A stretch of DNA of 61,990 nt, counting the filler, from Limisphaerales bacterium (lineage in GTDB: Bacteria; Verrucomicrobiota; Verrucomicrobiia; Limisphaerales; SIBE01), in the NCBI GenBank assembly GCA_044225505.1. It is 7 parts of 7 records of this genome, joined end to end, with 100 filler letters (N's around TTAATTAATTAA, not from the genome) between each part and the next. Parts side by side here need not be neighbours in the genome. Positions count along the whole stretch, not along the records: positions 1 to 9,438 come from JBGAIN010000237.1; positions 9,539 to 18,973 come from JBGAIN010000238.1; 5 more parts are not named here. One strand, written 5' to 3'. Shown one piece after another: positions 1 to 9,693 of the stretch; positions within the stretch are counted from its first letter, which is position 1, and each line of letters opens with the position of its first letter. The position numbers were made by a program, and so were the translations under genes. The notes under the pieces are model-generated. The model searched no databases. It was not told the origin of the DNA and saw only the letters and a list, made by a program, of their open reading frames with translations.

Positions 1-156
1 GAAGCGGCTGAGCGGCTCCGCCAGAGCGAATTCGCTCAAAAAGCGTTTGGAGGCGAAGTGGTAGATTTTTACGCGCGAACGGCCATCCTGGAGGCCGATG
101 CCTACGACAGCGCTGTCACGGACTGGGAGAGGGCGCGCTATTTTGAGAGGATTTGA
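1..156 (+). CDS. Glutamine synthetase family protein, C-terminal fragment (5' end outside window)
   Basis: Frame 1 translates to EAAERLRQSEFAQKAFGGEVVDFYARTAILEADAYDSAVTDWERARYFERI*. The VTDWE..RYFE tail is typical of GlnA-like/gamma-glutamyl ligases. Not in the ORF track. Confidence 0.8.
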   Translation, partial: EAAERLRQSEFAQKAFGGEVVDFYARTAILEADAYDSAVTDWERARYFERI

Positions 157-235
157 TTACCAATTCCGATGCCCGTCATGTCTCGCCGCGCCGCATCGCA
201 CGGACGTTGCGCCGAAGCCGGAGAACCCTTCCACC

Positions 236-263
236 TTGCCGGAAAAAGGCCGAAACCTATAAT
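236..263 (+). promoter_or_regulatory. Putative sigma70 promoter of serS (probably leaderless mRNA)
   Basis: TTGCCG (236-241), 16-nt spacer, perfect TATAAT (258-263). The ATG lies at 270 and there is no Shine-Dalgarno in between. Confidence 0.55.
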
Positions 264-269
264 GCAGCG

Positions 270-1571
270 ATGCTGGATATTAAACTGATTCGAGAACAGC
301 CCGACTTGGTCCGGGACCGTTTGGCCGCCCGAGGCGGCGGGGATGATCGCGCCATCGCCCTGGTTCTTGAACTTGATGAGAAACGCCGAAAAGCACTGGC
401 AGAAGTCGAGGCTTTGAAGGCGCAGCGCAATCGAGTTTCCAAAGAGATTGGCGCACTCATGGCGCAAAAGAAGCCGGAAGAAGCCGAGGCGCGAAAGCGA
501 GAGACGCGTGAGATTGGTGAGCGCGTGGCCGCCCTGGACCGGTTGGTAGAGGAGAGCGAGGCTGAAAGGGAACGACTCTTACTGCGTCTCCCGAATTTGC
601 CGCATACGTCCGTTCCGATGGGCAAGAGCTCCGCTGATAATCCGGTGATCCGGGCGTGGGGCACCCAGCCGACGTTTGAGTTTAAAGCGAAGGACCACGT
701 GGCCCTCTGCGAGCAGCTCGGTTTGATCGACTTTGCGCGGGGAGTGAAACTCTCGGGCAGCGCCTTCCTTCTTTACACGGGGTGGGGAGCAAAGCTGGAG
801 CGAGCGCTTATTCAGTTTTTGCTCGATCTTCACACCGAGTTGCACGGATATACGGAAGTCTCGCCTCCCTACATTATCAGCCGAGAGTGCATGGTGGGTG
901 TGGGCCAGTTTCCGAAGTTTGAAGACCAGGCGTATGCCGTGCGGGAAGGGAATGATGAGACCAGTTTGGGGAAACTCTATTTGCTCCCGACGGCCGAAGC
1001 CCCGGTGGCGAACATCCATCGCGAGGAACTACTCAAAGAGGCGCAACTCCCGATTCGATACTGCGCCTACAGTCCGTGCTTTCGGGCGGAAGCTGGAGCC
1101 GCGGGGGTGGGGACTCGAGGGATGATCCGGGTTCATCAGTTTGACAAGGTCGAATTGATCAAGGTGGTGAGACCGGACGACGGCTATGACGAGCTGGAAA
1201 AGCTCGTCGCGGACGCAGAGACGGTTTTACAGAAACTGGGCTTACATTACCGCGTGATTCTGCTGTGCACGGGCGACATGGGTTTCGCGAGCGCCAAGAC
1301 TTACGATATTGAGGTTTGGGCTCCGGGCCAAGGGGAATACCTCGAAGTTTCCAGTTGTTCAAACTGTGAAGATTTTCAGGCACGTCGCATGAACCTCCGT
1401 TTCAAATCGGCCAGTGGGGAAAACCGTCACCCGCACATCCTCAATGGCAGCGGGACCGCTCTGGCCCGGCTGTTCGTGGCATTTGTGGAAACGTATCAGC
1501 AAGGAGACGGCTCGATTTCGATTCCGGAGGTTTTGCAACCGTATTTGGGCACGGCTCGGATCGGGAATTAA
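270..1571 (+). CDS. serS: Serine--tRNA ligase
   Basis: MLDIKLIRE start, coiled-coil arm, LLPTAEAP, CFRAEAGAAG..TRGMIRVHQFDKVE (motif 2), EVSSCSNC.DFQARR, LNGSGTA..R (motif 3). Confidence 0.97.
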   Translation: MLDIKLIREQPDLVRDRLAARGGGDDRAIALVLELDEKRRKALAEVEALKAQRNRVSKEIGALMAQKKPEEAEARKRETREIGERVAALDRLVEESEAERERLLLRLPNLPHTSVPMGKSSADNPVIRAWGTQPTFEFKAKDHVALCEQLGLIDFARGVKLSGSAFLLYTGWGAKLERALIQFLLDLHTELHGYTEVSPPYIISRECMVGVGQFPKFEDQAYAVREGNDETSLGKLYLLPTAEAPVANIHREELLKEAQLPIRYCAYSPCFRAEAGAAGVGTRGMIRVHQFDKVELIKVVRPDDGYDELEKLVADAETVLQKLGLHYRVILLCTGDMGFASAKTYDIEVWAPGQGEYLEVSSCSNCEDFQARRMNLRFKSASGENRHPHILNGSGTALARLFVAFVETYQQGDGSISIPEVLQPYLGTARIGN

Positions 1572-1681
1572 TTCCGGATGCGCGCTGCCAACTCCTCGCT
1601 CAGACAAAATGCTTCTCCGCCAGGGGAGGCGAACGAGTCGGTTGGCCAGCTGTGGTCGGAACTCTGCTTTGGCACGACGCT

Positions 1682-3127
1682 ATGAAGATCCTGGTGGCCA
1701 GTGGCGAGGTGTTCCCTTACTCAAAAACGGGCGGGCTCGCCGATATGGTTGGCGCACTGGCCAAGTATCTTGCGGAGGCAGGACACGAAGTCGCTGTGCT
1801 CACGCCTCTGTACCATGGGGTGCGTGAGCGGACCCTCAAATTGCGAAAGGATGATGTTAGTGTCAATCTCCCTCTAGGACGCGAGACGGTGCATGGTGAA
1901 TTCTGGACACTCAGCCTCAGCAAGGCCCTCAAAATCCATTTTCTCGATTGCCCGGACTTTTTCGACCGCCCGGCTTTGTATGGAACCGCTGGCCAAGACT
2001 ATCCGGACAACCCGGAACGGTTCATCTTCTTTTCCAAAGCCGTGGCGCATTGGGCTCGGCGCAGTGGATGGGGGCCCGATATTGTCCACGTCCATGATTG
2101 GCAGGTTGGGCTCGTCCCGCTGCTGATGGCACACCAACGCTGGCAGGACGGTTGGGCGCGTGCACCCCGCACCTGTCTTACCATTCACAATTTGGCTTAC
2201 CAAGGAGTCTTCCCCCTCTGGAAATATGAGCTGACCAATTTACCCTGGGAATACTTCAATCCGAAAGGGGTTGAATTCTACGGGCAAATGAATTGTCTCA
2301 AGGCAGGGATAATCTATTCCGACTGGATTACAACGGTTAGCCCTCGCTACGCCCGCGAGATTACAACGGAAGAATTCGGCTGCGGTCTCGACGGGGTGCT
2401 TCGCGAGCGCCAGCAATCCCTCACGGGAATCCTCAATGGAGTGGACTACAGCGAATGGAAAACGACGGAAAACCCATTTCTGAAACATTCTTATACCGCA
2501 GAAGACCTTACCGCTAAACGCGCCGCGAAGTTGGATCTGCAAGCCGAACTCGGACTGGCTCCGAATGACCAAATCCCCCTTTTTGGCACGGTCGGGCGGT
2601 TGGTTGAGCAAAAGGGCGTGGATATACTCTTGGACGCTCTCGAGGAAATGCTGAGTGCAGAACTGCAATTTGTGCTCTTGGGTAGCGGCGAGCCTCGATT
2701 CGAAACGGCCTTCGTGCAGTTGGCTGCCCGCTACCCTGGGAAGGTTGCCGTGAAGATCGGGTATGATCACGCGTTGTCTCACCGAATCGAAGCTGCCTGC
2801 GATTTTTTTGTCATGCCGTCTCGCTTCGAACCTTGCGGGCTTAACCAAATGTACAGTCTTCGGTATGGCGCAATCCCTATCGTCCGAACGACAGGAGGGC
2901 TGGACGACTCAGTCACCTCTCCGGCGGACGACGGGGAGTATCCAGATGGAATCAAGTTCACGGAATACTCCTCGCGCGCGCTCGCTAAAGCGCTTCGTAA
3001 GGCCTTGGTGCTGTACTCCCATCCGGAGGTTTTGCAGCATTTCCGACAGAACGCGATGGAAGCGGACTTTTCTTGGACCCGGACGGCCGAGGAGTATTTG
3101 CAGCTGTTCCGAAGTCTCTTGGACTGA
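1682..3127 (+). CDS. glgA: Glycogen synthase
   Basis: MKILVASGEVFPYSKTGGLADMV (KTGGL motif), HVHDWQ, TIHNLAYQG, PSRFEPCGLNQMYSLRYG. Confidence 0.95.
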   Translation: MKILVASGEVFPYSKTGGLADMVGALAKYLAEAGHEVAVLTPLYHGVRERTLKLRKDDVSVNLPLGRETVHGEFWTLSLSKALKIHFLDCPDFFDRPALYGTAGQDYPDNPERFIFFSKAVAHWARRSGWGPDIVHVHDWQVGLVPLLMAHQRWQDGWARAPRTCLTIHNLAYQGVFPLWKYELTNLPWEYFNPKGVEFYGQMNCLKAGIIYSDWITTVSPRYAREITTEEFGCGLDGVLRERQQSLTGILNGVDYSEWKTTENPFLKHSYTAEDLTAKRAAKLDLQAELGLAPNDQIPLFGTVGRLVEQKGVDILLDALEEMLSAELQFVLLGSGEPRFETAFVQLAARYPGKVAVKIGYDHALSHRIEAACDFFVMPSRFEPCGLNQMYSLRYGAIPIVRTTGGLDDSVTSPADDGEYPDGIKFTEYSSRALAKALRKALVLYSHPEVLQHFRQNAMEADFSWTRTAEEYLQLFRSLLD

Positions 3128-3200
3128 GGAGCCTGACTGCACAGGACGGCTACGAGAGGTGAACGTGCTGGAAGGGTGATTTCCGAAGTTCTGAGGGCCC

Positions 3201-3536
3201 TCAGGCGCTTACCGGCTCCCCATGCCCAGCAGAAACCGATTGAGGCTCTGCGGGTAACGCTTCGGACCGCATCATCAACAAAAGCTCACACTGGGTGTCG
3301 AGCAGTTGCCTCATGAGACGACTCCGGGAACGGAGCAAAGGAATGGCTCTTTCCGAATCACGTTCCGCGATGGCGGACCGATACGCTTGAGTGGCGGCCG
3401 TCAATTCCTGACGCACTTCCTGGAGTCGCGCACGGAGAACTCCGGCGTCGCTGAGATTGGTTGTTCCCAAAGCTATAGAGTCCAGAGTTCGGAGTTTCGC
3501 TTTTTGGCTTTTCGGAGTTTCACGAGAACGCTCCAA
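3201..3536 (-). CDS. Small helical hypothetical protein (start uncertain)
   Basis: Amphipathic, helical-looking ORF converging on glgA and preceded by a sigma54-like promoter motif. Confidence 0.45.
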   Translation of the reverse strand: MERSRETPKSQKAKLRTLDSIALGTTNLSDAGVLRARLQEVRQELTAATQAYRSAIAERDSERAIPLLRSRSRLMRQLLDTQCELLLMMRSEALPAEPQSVSAGHGEPVSA

Positions 3537-3553
3537 GCCCTTCGAAATATTGG

Positions 3554-3569
3554 GGCAAGAAGTGTGCCG
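3554..3569 (-). promoter_or_regulatory. Putative sigma54 (-24/-12) promoter
   Basis: The minus strand reads cGGCAC-acttc-TTGCc, matching GGCAC-N5-TTGC, just upstream of ORF 3201..3536. Confidence 0.55.
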
Positions 3570-3871
3570 TCGTCGTTTCGTTCGAAACGCTGACGAATTA
3601 CGAGTCGAACGCGGCGACCGATGGGGAAGGATTCCCAGATTGTTCGGACTCGTTGGGGGAGATGTAGGAAAGGTGCCGCGAAATGAGTCAGGGAGTCTCT
3701 CAGGAAGTGCTGTGGCCTAACGTTCACACGTCCGAAACAAGTCGCGCGTCCCTCCTTCAAAACGAGGGCACATTGCCTGGTCTATTTCGACGCCCAGTGT
3801 GATTTCCACTTGTTAAGCATGCTGGGCTGAGTATCATCCTGCTAGTTACCACCTGTTGCCACGGAAGACTC

Positions 3872-4699
3872 ATGAAAATCACCGGTACTCTATCCCATTC
3901 TAACGGCACGCGGCGTTTGTTGTGGCGCGCCGGCTTCACCTTGATTGAACTGTTGGTTGTCATCGCGATCATTGCGATTCTGGCTGGAATGTTGCTTCCC
4001 GCGCTGGCCCGAGCCAAGTCGAAGGGGCAGCGGATTGTTTGTTTGAACAATCTCAAGCAGATCGGATTGTTCATGCAGCTCTATACGGACGACTACAACG
4101 ACATGTTTCCCGCACACCGGAATAACGGGGTGACGACCGACGCGGCCATTCTGACAAACTGGTGGGGGACTACGATCGTGGGATATGGGAACAACGCCAG
4201 CAATCTGTTTCACGACCCTAGCATCAAGGGGAAGCGGCTCGACAACGGCATCAAGTGGGAATGGAAGTTTGACTGCCACAATGTGGGATATGGCTATAAC
4301 GGATTCTTCCTGGGCATCCACCCGTACACAGGAGATGATCTGACGGTCGGGGGAGTGCGCTTCACGACCAAGCCCTGGTTCAAACGAAGTTCCGTGCGCA
4401 ATCCGTCGCAGAATCTAGTGATCGGAGACAAACAGCCTTACGGCACTCCGCCGGTCTGGAGCAGCAGTCTCTGGTGGAGGAATGCGTGTATGGATCCGAA
4501 ACAGAGCACCTCCAAAGCTTATGAGGGCATCGAACCGAAGCGACACATTGGAACCTGTGTAATCTCCTTCAACGACGGCCACTCCGAGGTGCGTAAGGAT
4601 AGCCAGATCAATCCGCCTGTCGATCCAGGTTCCACAAGCGCAAAAGGCTTGATCAACTCCCAATATTGGGATCCTCTCCAACGGGCGGGCGCGCTTTGA
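3872..4699 (+). CDS. Prepilin-type N-terminal cleavage/methylation domain protein with H-X9-DG motif (DUF1559-like)
   Basis: [38 protein letters not shown], and C-terminal [16 protein letters not shown]. Confidence 0.9.
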   Translation: MKITGTLSHSNGTRRLLWRAGFTLIELLVVIAIIAILAGMLLPALARAKSKGQRIVCLNNLKQIGLFMQLYTDDYNDMFPAHRNNGVTTDAAILTNWWGTTIVGYGNNASNLFHDPSIKGKRLDNGIKWEWKFDCHNVGYGYNGFFLGIHPYTGDDLTVGGVRFTTKPWFKRSSVRNPSQNLVIGDKQPYGTPPVWSSSLWWRNACMDPKQSTSKAYEGIEPKRHIGTCVISFNDGHSEVRKDSQINPPVDPGSTSAKGLINSQYWDPLQRAGAL

Positions 4700-4791
4700 T
4701 CGGGCGGCTTCCATCGTTTGGCGTGTGACCACGGGCTCGGCCTGCCCGTGGTGGCCATTTTCCGTGACGAGACGCGCCGCTCTATCAAGAC

Positions 4792-6162
4792 GTGCATTCA
4801 AAATCTCTGGATCATCTGAGGTCGGAGGGTGACCTCAACCTGTCGCCTCATCGACAAGCCTGGTCTGAAACCCATATCGACGCGGAAACCCGCCATTGGC
4901 TCGAAGAGGACGCGCGCTATTTCCTTCACCAATCGCTCTCGACTCCTTGCCTCAATGTCCTGAAAGGCAGTTCCGGGGCTCATCTGGAGGATTTGCAGGG
5001 GCGTAAGATCCTCGATTTCCACGGGAACAATGTGCATCAGACCGGTTTCGGTCATCCGCACGTGATACAGGCCGTTGTTCGCCAGATGGAAGCGATGCCG
5101 TTCTCAACACGGCGTTACACCAACCTTCCAGCCATCCTGCTCGCCAAGAAACTAACCGAGCTAGCGCCCGGAGATCTCAAGAAGGTGCTGTTCGCTCCAG
5201 GAGGCACGAGCGCGATCGGGATGGCCCTAAAACTTGCGCGAGCGTCGACGGGGCGTCACAAAACAGTTTCGATGTGGGATTCGTTTCACGGCGCATCGCT
5301 GGATGCCATTTCCGTGGGTGGCGAGGCCATTTTTCGTCGAGGGATCGGCCCACTGCTTCCAGGGTGTGAGCACGTTCCGCCACCGGACAATCGTCACTGT
5401 CCGTTCAAGTGCGGGGCGACCTGCAACCTTTTATGCGCGGATTATGTGGAGTATGTGCTCGAAAAGGAAGGTGACGTGGCGGCGGTGGTTGCCGAAACTG
5501 TGCGCAGTACGCCGTTCATCCCCCCGAAGGATTATTGGAAACGCATCCGAGCGGCCTGCGACCGTCATGGCGCACTTCTGATTCTCGACGAGGTTCCGCA
5601 CTGTCTAGGCCGTACGGGCAAGATGTTTACGTGCGAACATTACGACGTAGTGCCAGACATGTTAGTTATCGGGAAAGGCTTGGGTGGAGGTGTGTTTCCG
5701 TTGGCGGCATTGATGGCGCGGAGCGATCTGGATCGCGCGATGCCAGAACGGGCTTTGGGCCACTATACGCACGAAAAAAATCCCGTCGCTTGTGCTGCAG
5801 GGCTAGCCACCATCGAAGTCATCGAGAGTGAAGGACTGCTCCAGAGAGCTGCAAGGTTAGGGGAACAGACTCTGGGCCGCCTTCGGGCTATGGCCTCAAC
5901 GCATCCCCTGATTGGCGATGTGCGGGGGCTGGGATTGCTTATGGGTGTCGAGTTGGTTCGTAGTCACTCCACCCTGGAGCGTGCCACGGACGAGGCCGAA
6001 CGAGTCATGTATGCGGCGCTCCGTCGAGGACTCAACTTCAAGCTCACAATGGGCAATATCCTCACTCTGACACCGTCTTTAACCATCAGCGACGCGGAGA
6101 TGGATGAAGCCTTGGGGATTCTCGACGAGTGCTTGACCGAGGTGGAAGCGCGGCGTGCCTGA
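4792..6162 (+). CDS. pbfA: Class III PLP aminotransferase fold, PbfA-like (R)-1-hydroxy-2-aminoethylphosphonate ammonia-lyase
   Basis: RSEGD.N, FLHQSLSTPCL, DFHGNNVHQ, APGGTSAIGMALKLAR, WDSFHGASLDAISVGGEA.FR and GHYTHEK match my recollection of PbfA. PLP lysine in IGKGLGGG. Confidence 0.75.
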   Translation: MHSKSLDHLRSEGDLNLSPHRQAWSETHIDAETRHWLEEDARYFLHQSLSTPCLNVLKGSSGAHLEDLQGRKILDFHGNNVHQTGFGHPHVIQAVVRQMEAMPFSTRRYTNLPAILLAKKLTELAPGDLKKVLFAPGGTSAIGMALKLARASTGRHKTVSMWDSFHGASLDAISVGGEAIFRRGIGPLLPGCEHVPPPDNRHCPFKCGATCNLLCADYVEYVLEKEGDVAAVVAETVRSTPFIPPKDYWKRIRAACDRHGALLILDEVPHCLGRTGKMFTCEHYDVVPDMLVIGKGLGGGVFPLAALMARSDLDRAMPERALGHYTHEKNPVACAAGLATIEVIESEGLLQRAARLGEQTLGRLRAMASTHPLIGDVRGLGLLMGVELVRSHSTLERATDEAERVMYAALRRGLNFKLTMGNILTLTPSLTISDAEMDEALGILDECLTEVEARRA

Positions 6163-6259
6163 GAGTTATGAATGGAGAAGGCCGACGGGGATGGGGCAAC
6201 GTCGCGCATGTCTGCGGCGCGGCCGCCAGGAACGTTCCTCGGTTTCCCGCGCTTAACGG

Positions 6260-7072
6260 CTACGGGCTTTTTTGTTCCGGAAGAATGTTCAACCGTTCCA
6301 CCGCGCTTTCGCCGGGGAAGTATACCTTGACGGGATAGTTCTTGCCGTCCGAGAATGTGCGTGCCAGCCATTTCTCGACAAACTCCGCGGTCTCGCGACG
6401 ACCGATTTCTTTGACTAACGGAACGTTTTCTTTTGCCCGGAGGAGCGCTAGAGAGCTGATGGAACTTTTTAGATTCGCCAAGGCTTCGGCTGTGCCAAAT
6501 CGGCCCTTTTTGACCTCATAGCTCAATGCAGAGACGTCGACGGCGGGTCGATTTGCTCGGATCGCTGGAGCGAAGACCTGAATCACACCATCCCGTAGGA
6601 CAAAATCCCATTTCCCGTTGAAGTCCAGATAGTAGGTGTATTCCACAGGCGCTCGGGCTTCCACAATGACGTCCGGGAGTGGCACATAACCGAACGCGGT
6701 GCTGGGTTCCTCGGTGCGGGTAAAGACCTCCATCTGTTTCAGGGTCGCAAACTGGAATCGCTGACTATTGGTAACAGTGGTGGCATAGCTGACGAAAGAA
6801 GTGGTCACCGTCTTGTGCTGAAAGGCCGACGCGACGGTCGCTAGGGCATCTCCGGTTTTAGCTACGGTTTGACTAATTTTCTCCAATGCGCGCTCGGGAA
6901 GAGTCATGCACGAGCGGATGATCAGGACGCCGCCCGTGGTTAGGATCAACACGATGGCCGTCCACATCGTCGCCCCAGCCCAAGACGCATTCGCGGAAGC
7001 GCCCTCTGATCGAGCGGGCGGCAAGGGCGTGTCTTTCTCTGGCCCGGTATCTTCCATGTAACGGTCATTCAT
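6260..7072 (-). CDS. Membrane-anchored hypothetical protein (DUF4230-like)
   Basis: 270-aa ORF with one N-terminal TM helix (WTAIVLILTTGGVLII) followed by a beta-rich region (VEARAPVEYTYYLD). Confidence 0.6.
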   Translation of the reverse strand: MNDRYMEDTGPEKDTPLPPARSEGASANASWAGATMWTAIVLILTTGGVLIIRSCMTLPERALEKISQTVAKTGDALATVASAFQHKTVTTSFVSYATTVTNSQRFQFATLKQMEVFTRTEEPSTAFGYVPLPDVIVEARAPVEYTYYLDFNGKWDFVLRDGVIQVFAPAIRANRPAVDVSALSYEVKKGRFGTAEALANLKSSISSLALLRAKENVPLVKEIGRRETAEFVEKWLARTFSDGKNYPVKVYFPGESAVERLNILPEQKSP

Positions 7073-7165
7073 TCCTCTTAATGCCGCCGAAAGTCAATGG
7101 TGCGTCACTGCCAAGAGGATCGGGATCCGAGTCGAATTAATCGCGACTGAGCGTAGGTTAACTGC

Positions 7166-7339
7166 ATGGAACAGTTCGTAACCGTGGAATGCCCTGTATG
7201 TGGCGGCTCGATGGAACTTGGATTGGACACGTCAATCCCTGATCAGTTATTTACGACTGATTGCGAAGTGTGCTGTCGCCCCTTCCAAGTGCGGGCTGAA
7301 TGTGAGCCCGGAGAAATTCTTCGAGTCGATGTCACTTGA
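7166..7339 (+). CDS. CPXCG-motif cysteine-rich small protein (57 aa)
   Basis: MEQFVTVECPVCGGSMELGLDTSIPDQLFTTDCEVCCRPFQVRAECEPGEILRVDVT*, with the CPxCG and DCEVCCRP signature. Below the ORF-track length cutoff. Confidence 0.85.
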   Translation: MEQFVTVECPVCGGSMELGLDTSIPDQLFTTDCEVCCRPFQVRAECEPGEILRVDVT

Positions 7340-7421
7340 CGGCAGAGGTGACGCCTCGAAGCCGATTGTGCTACTTGTCTTGCTTCCGCGCTGAGCCCGA
7401 CTAGACTGCGCGCCGGTTCTT

Positions 7422-7727
7422 ATGGCGAATACTATACTCTGGATTTATATTGTGCTGCTCATCGTTGGGGGCGTTATGGGATTGGTGAAAGCGGGCAGCA
7501 AAGTGTCGTTGATTATGTCGGCGATTTTTGCGGTCGCTTTAAGCTTATGCGCGCTTGGAGTTATCCGGTGGCCGCTCGGTCCCGACGTCCTGCTGGGAGT
7601 TCTCCTCCTTGTCTTCGTCATGCGCTTTGTTAAGACCAAGAAATTTATGCCAGCGGGGTTTATGATCGCGCTGACCTTGCTGACTCTGATCGTCCGGTTG
7701 ATGGTGTCGCGTGGCGGCACTGTCTGA
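7422..7727 (+). CDS. TMEM14-family small membrane protein
   Basis: GGVMGLVKAGSKVSL and RFVKTKKFMPAG motifs; four hydrophobic helices. Confidence 0.85.
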   Translation: MANTILWIYIVLLIVGGVMGLVKAGSKVSLIMSAIFAVALSLCALGVIRWPLGPDVLLGVLLLVFVMRFVKTKKFMPAGFMIALTLLTLIVRLMVSRGGTV

Positions 7728-7787
7728 GCCGTACAAAACCGCTCTGGTTGGCTTCCAGGCCGAATTCCCAAGCGGAGTCGTCCTACC

Positions 7788-9438
7788 ATGTCCGAGCCCT
7801 CCAACTCCGCTCGACCGACTGATCCCTCCGCGCGTGCTGGCCGGAGTTTGCCGATTTGGATGGTCCAAGAACCCATCCTTCGGGCTCTCCGATCGGGCAA
7901 CCGCCTGGTGCTCGTCGCGCCTACGGGGTCCGGGAAAACGACACAGGTTCCGCAGATGCTCGTCGACGAGGAGATGATGGGGCGCAAGAAAGTGGTTATT
8001 TTGCAGCCTCGGCGCGTCGCCGCTCGGACAGTCGCTGCCCGTGTGGCTTGGGAACGGGGTGTCGTTCTGGGAGGGGAGGCGCGCTCATTTTCGATGAGTT
8101 CCACGAGCGTAACCTTCTCAGTGATGTGACGCTGGCCTTGGCCAAATCAATTCAGGAAACCCGCCGCCCTGACCTGAAAATCGTTGTCATGTCAGCGACG
8201 ATGGACGCCGATCCTGTGGCCAAATACCTAGGTCCCCGGGCCGTGCCAGACTTAGCCGAAGTCTCAGCAAAGAGCACTCCCACGGACTCAGTGGCTGCCT
8301 TGAATGCCTGTCCCATTGTCATCTCGGAGGGGCGCACGTTTGGTGTCGAAGTGCAATACTTGCCGGAACGGGAGGAGCGTCCAATTTCTGAGCAGGCAGC
8401 CTTGGCGGTGGCGCGAATCGTCGAGGGGGGAGATCCAGGCGACATCTTGGTTTTTATGCCTGGAATGGGGGAGATTAACGCGACCATCAACGCGTTGCGC
8501 ACGACGCGAATCAGGGAGCGATTGATCGCGCTGCCTCTACATGGCGAGTTGCCCGTCGAAGATCAGGATCGTGCCTTTGCTCCACAAGAATTCCGGAAGG
8601 TTGTTGTCTCAACCAATGTCGCCGAGACTTCCGTCACGATCGATGGGATACGCCATGTGGTTGACAGTGGGCTGGCACGGGTCGCGCGCTACGACAGCGA
8701 ACGTGGCATCGCGACCCTGGGCCTCGAACCGATCAGTCGCGCTTCTGCGGAGCAGCGCAAAGGCAGGGCCGGACGAACTGCGCCGGGAACATGCCATCGG
8801 CTTTGGACGGAAAGTGGGCATCTGAACCGGCCGGAGCGGAACACTCCAGAGATCCAGCGGAGCGACCTGGCGGAGGTGATTTTGCTGCTGCATTCATTGG
8901 GGATCAGGCAGGCGGCGAAATTTGACTGGCTGGATCGTCCGGATCCTCAAGCGGTTGAAAGAGCGGAAAAACTGCTAGTGGTGTTAGGGGCGCTGAGTTC
9001 AGACGATGGAATGTTGACGCCCGTGGGGCTGCAAATGCTCCGCTTGCCGATGCATCCACGTTATTCGCGGATGTTGGTAGAAGCCGTCCGCTATCATTGC
9101 GTGCCCGCGGCGGCTCTTTGTGCCGCGCTGGTGAGCGGCCGGGACTTACTGCTGCGTTTGGGACGTGACGACAAGCACATGGCTGAGGCGCGCGAAGTTT
9201 TTGAGGCGAGCGAAGAATCGGATTTCTACCGCTTGATCCGAGCGTTCCAATTTGCCAGAGAGCGCGATTTTAGCGTTGAGGCGTGTCGGCGCTACGGGAT
9301 CCACGCCCAAACCGCACGTCAGGTCGAACAGACATACCTGCAGATCCTGGAGATTGTGGGGCGTCAAGCTCGCGTTGATCGTTCGGCCGAGCAGGGATTG
9401 AACGAACGGGCAGGGGAGGGTGGCGACGGGATCGTGGG
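7788..9438 (+). pseudogene. hrpB: HrpB-like DEAH RNA helicase with an internal deletion/frameshift near 8078; 3' end lost at the contig end
   Basis: One frame has APTGSGKTTQ and QPRRVAAR..ERGVVLGGE. The other frame resumes at GALIFDEFHER, MSAT, TNVAETSVTIDGI and QRKGRAGR. The VGY..TEG.LLR segment is missing. Confidence 0.75.
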
Positions 9439-9538
9439 NNNNNNNNNNNNNNNNNNNNNNNNNNNNNNNNNNNNNNNNNNNNTTAATTAATTAANNNNNN
9501 NNNNNNNNNNNNNNNNNNNNNNNNNNNNNNNNNNNNNN
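9439..9538. other. Artificial contig spacer
   Basis: N44-TTAATTAATTAA-N44, a six-frame stop linker. Confidence 0.99.
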
Positions 9539-9693
9539 AATGCCACGTCCTCGGCCGTCCCGTCGGGACTTGGAATCGCGCCCATTCAACCTCGGCGTTA
9601 AAACGCCGAGCTATTCTCGAGTTGCCCCATCCGGGGCGCCAGGAGGCAATTACCGAATGGCATTAGGATTTATCCCGCAGGATTTATCCCGCA
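9539..9693. repeat. MITE/REP-like palindromic repeat element
   Basis: Terminal inverted AATGCCA..TGGCATT. Hairpins gtccc-gtc-gggac, ctcggcgtt-aa-aacgccgag and gcccc-atcc-ggggc. Bases 9597-9669 are identical to 47902-47974. Followed by a tandem GGATTTATCCCGCA x2. Confidence 0.8.

Noticed and set aside
1669..1685. TGGCACG upstream of glgA as a sigma54 promoter
   Set aside because: No TTGC at the -12 position, and the site runs into the start codon.
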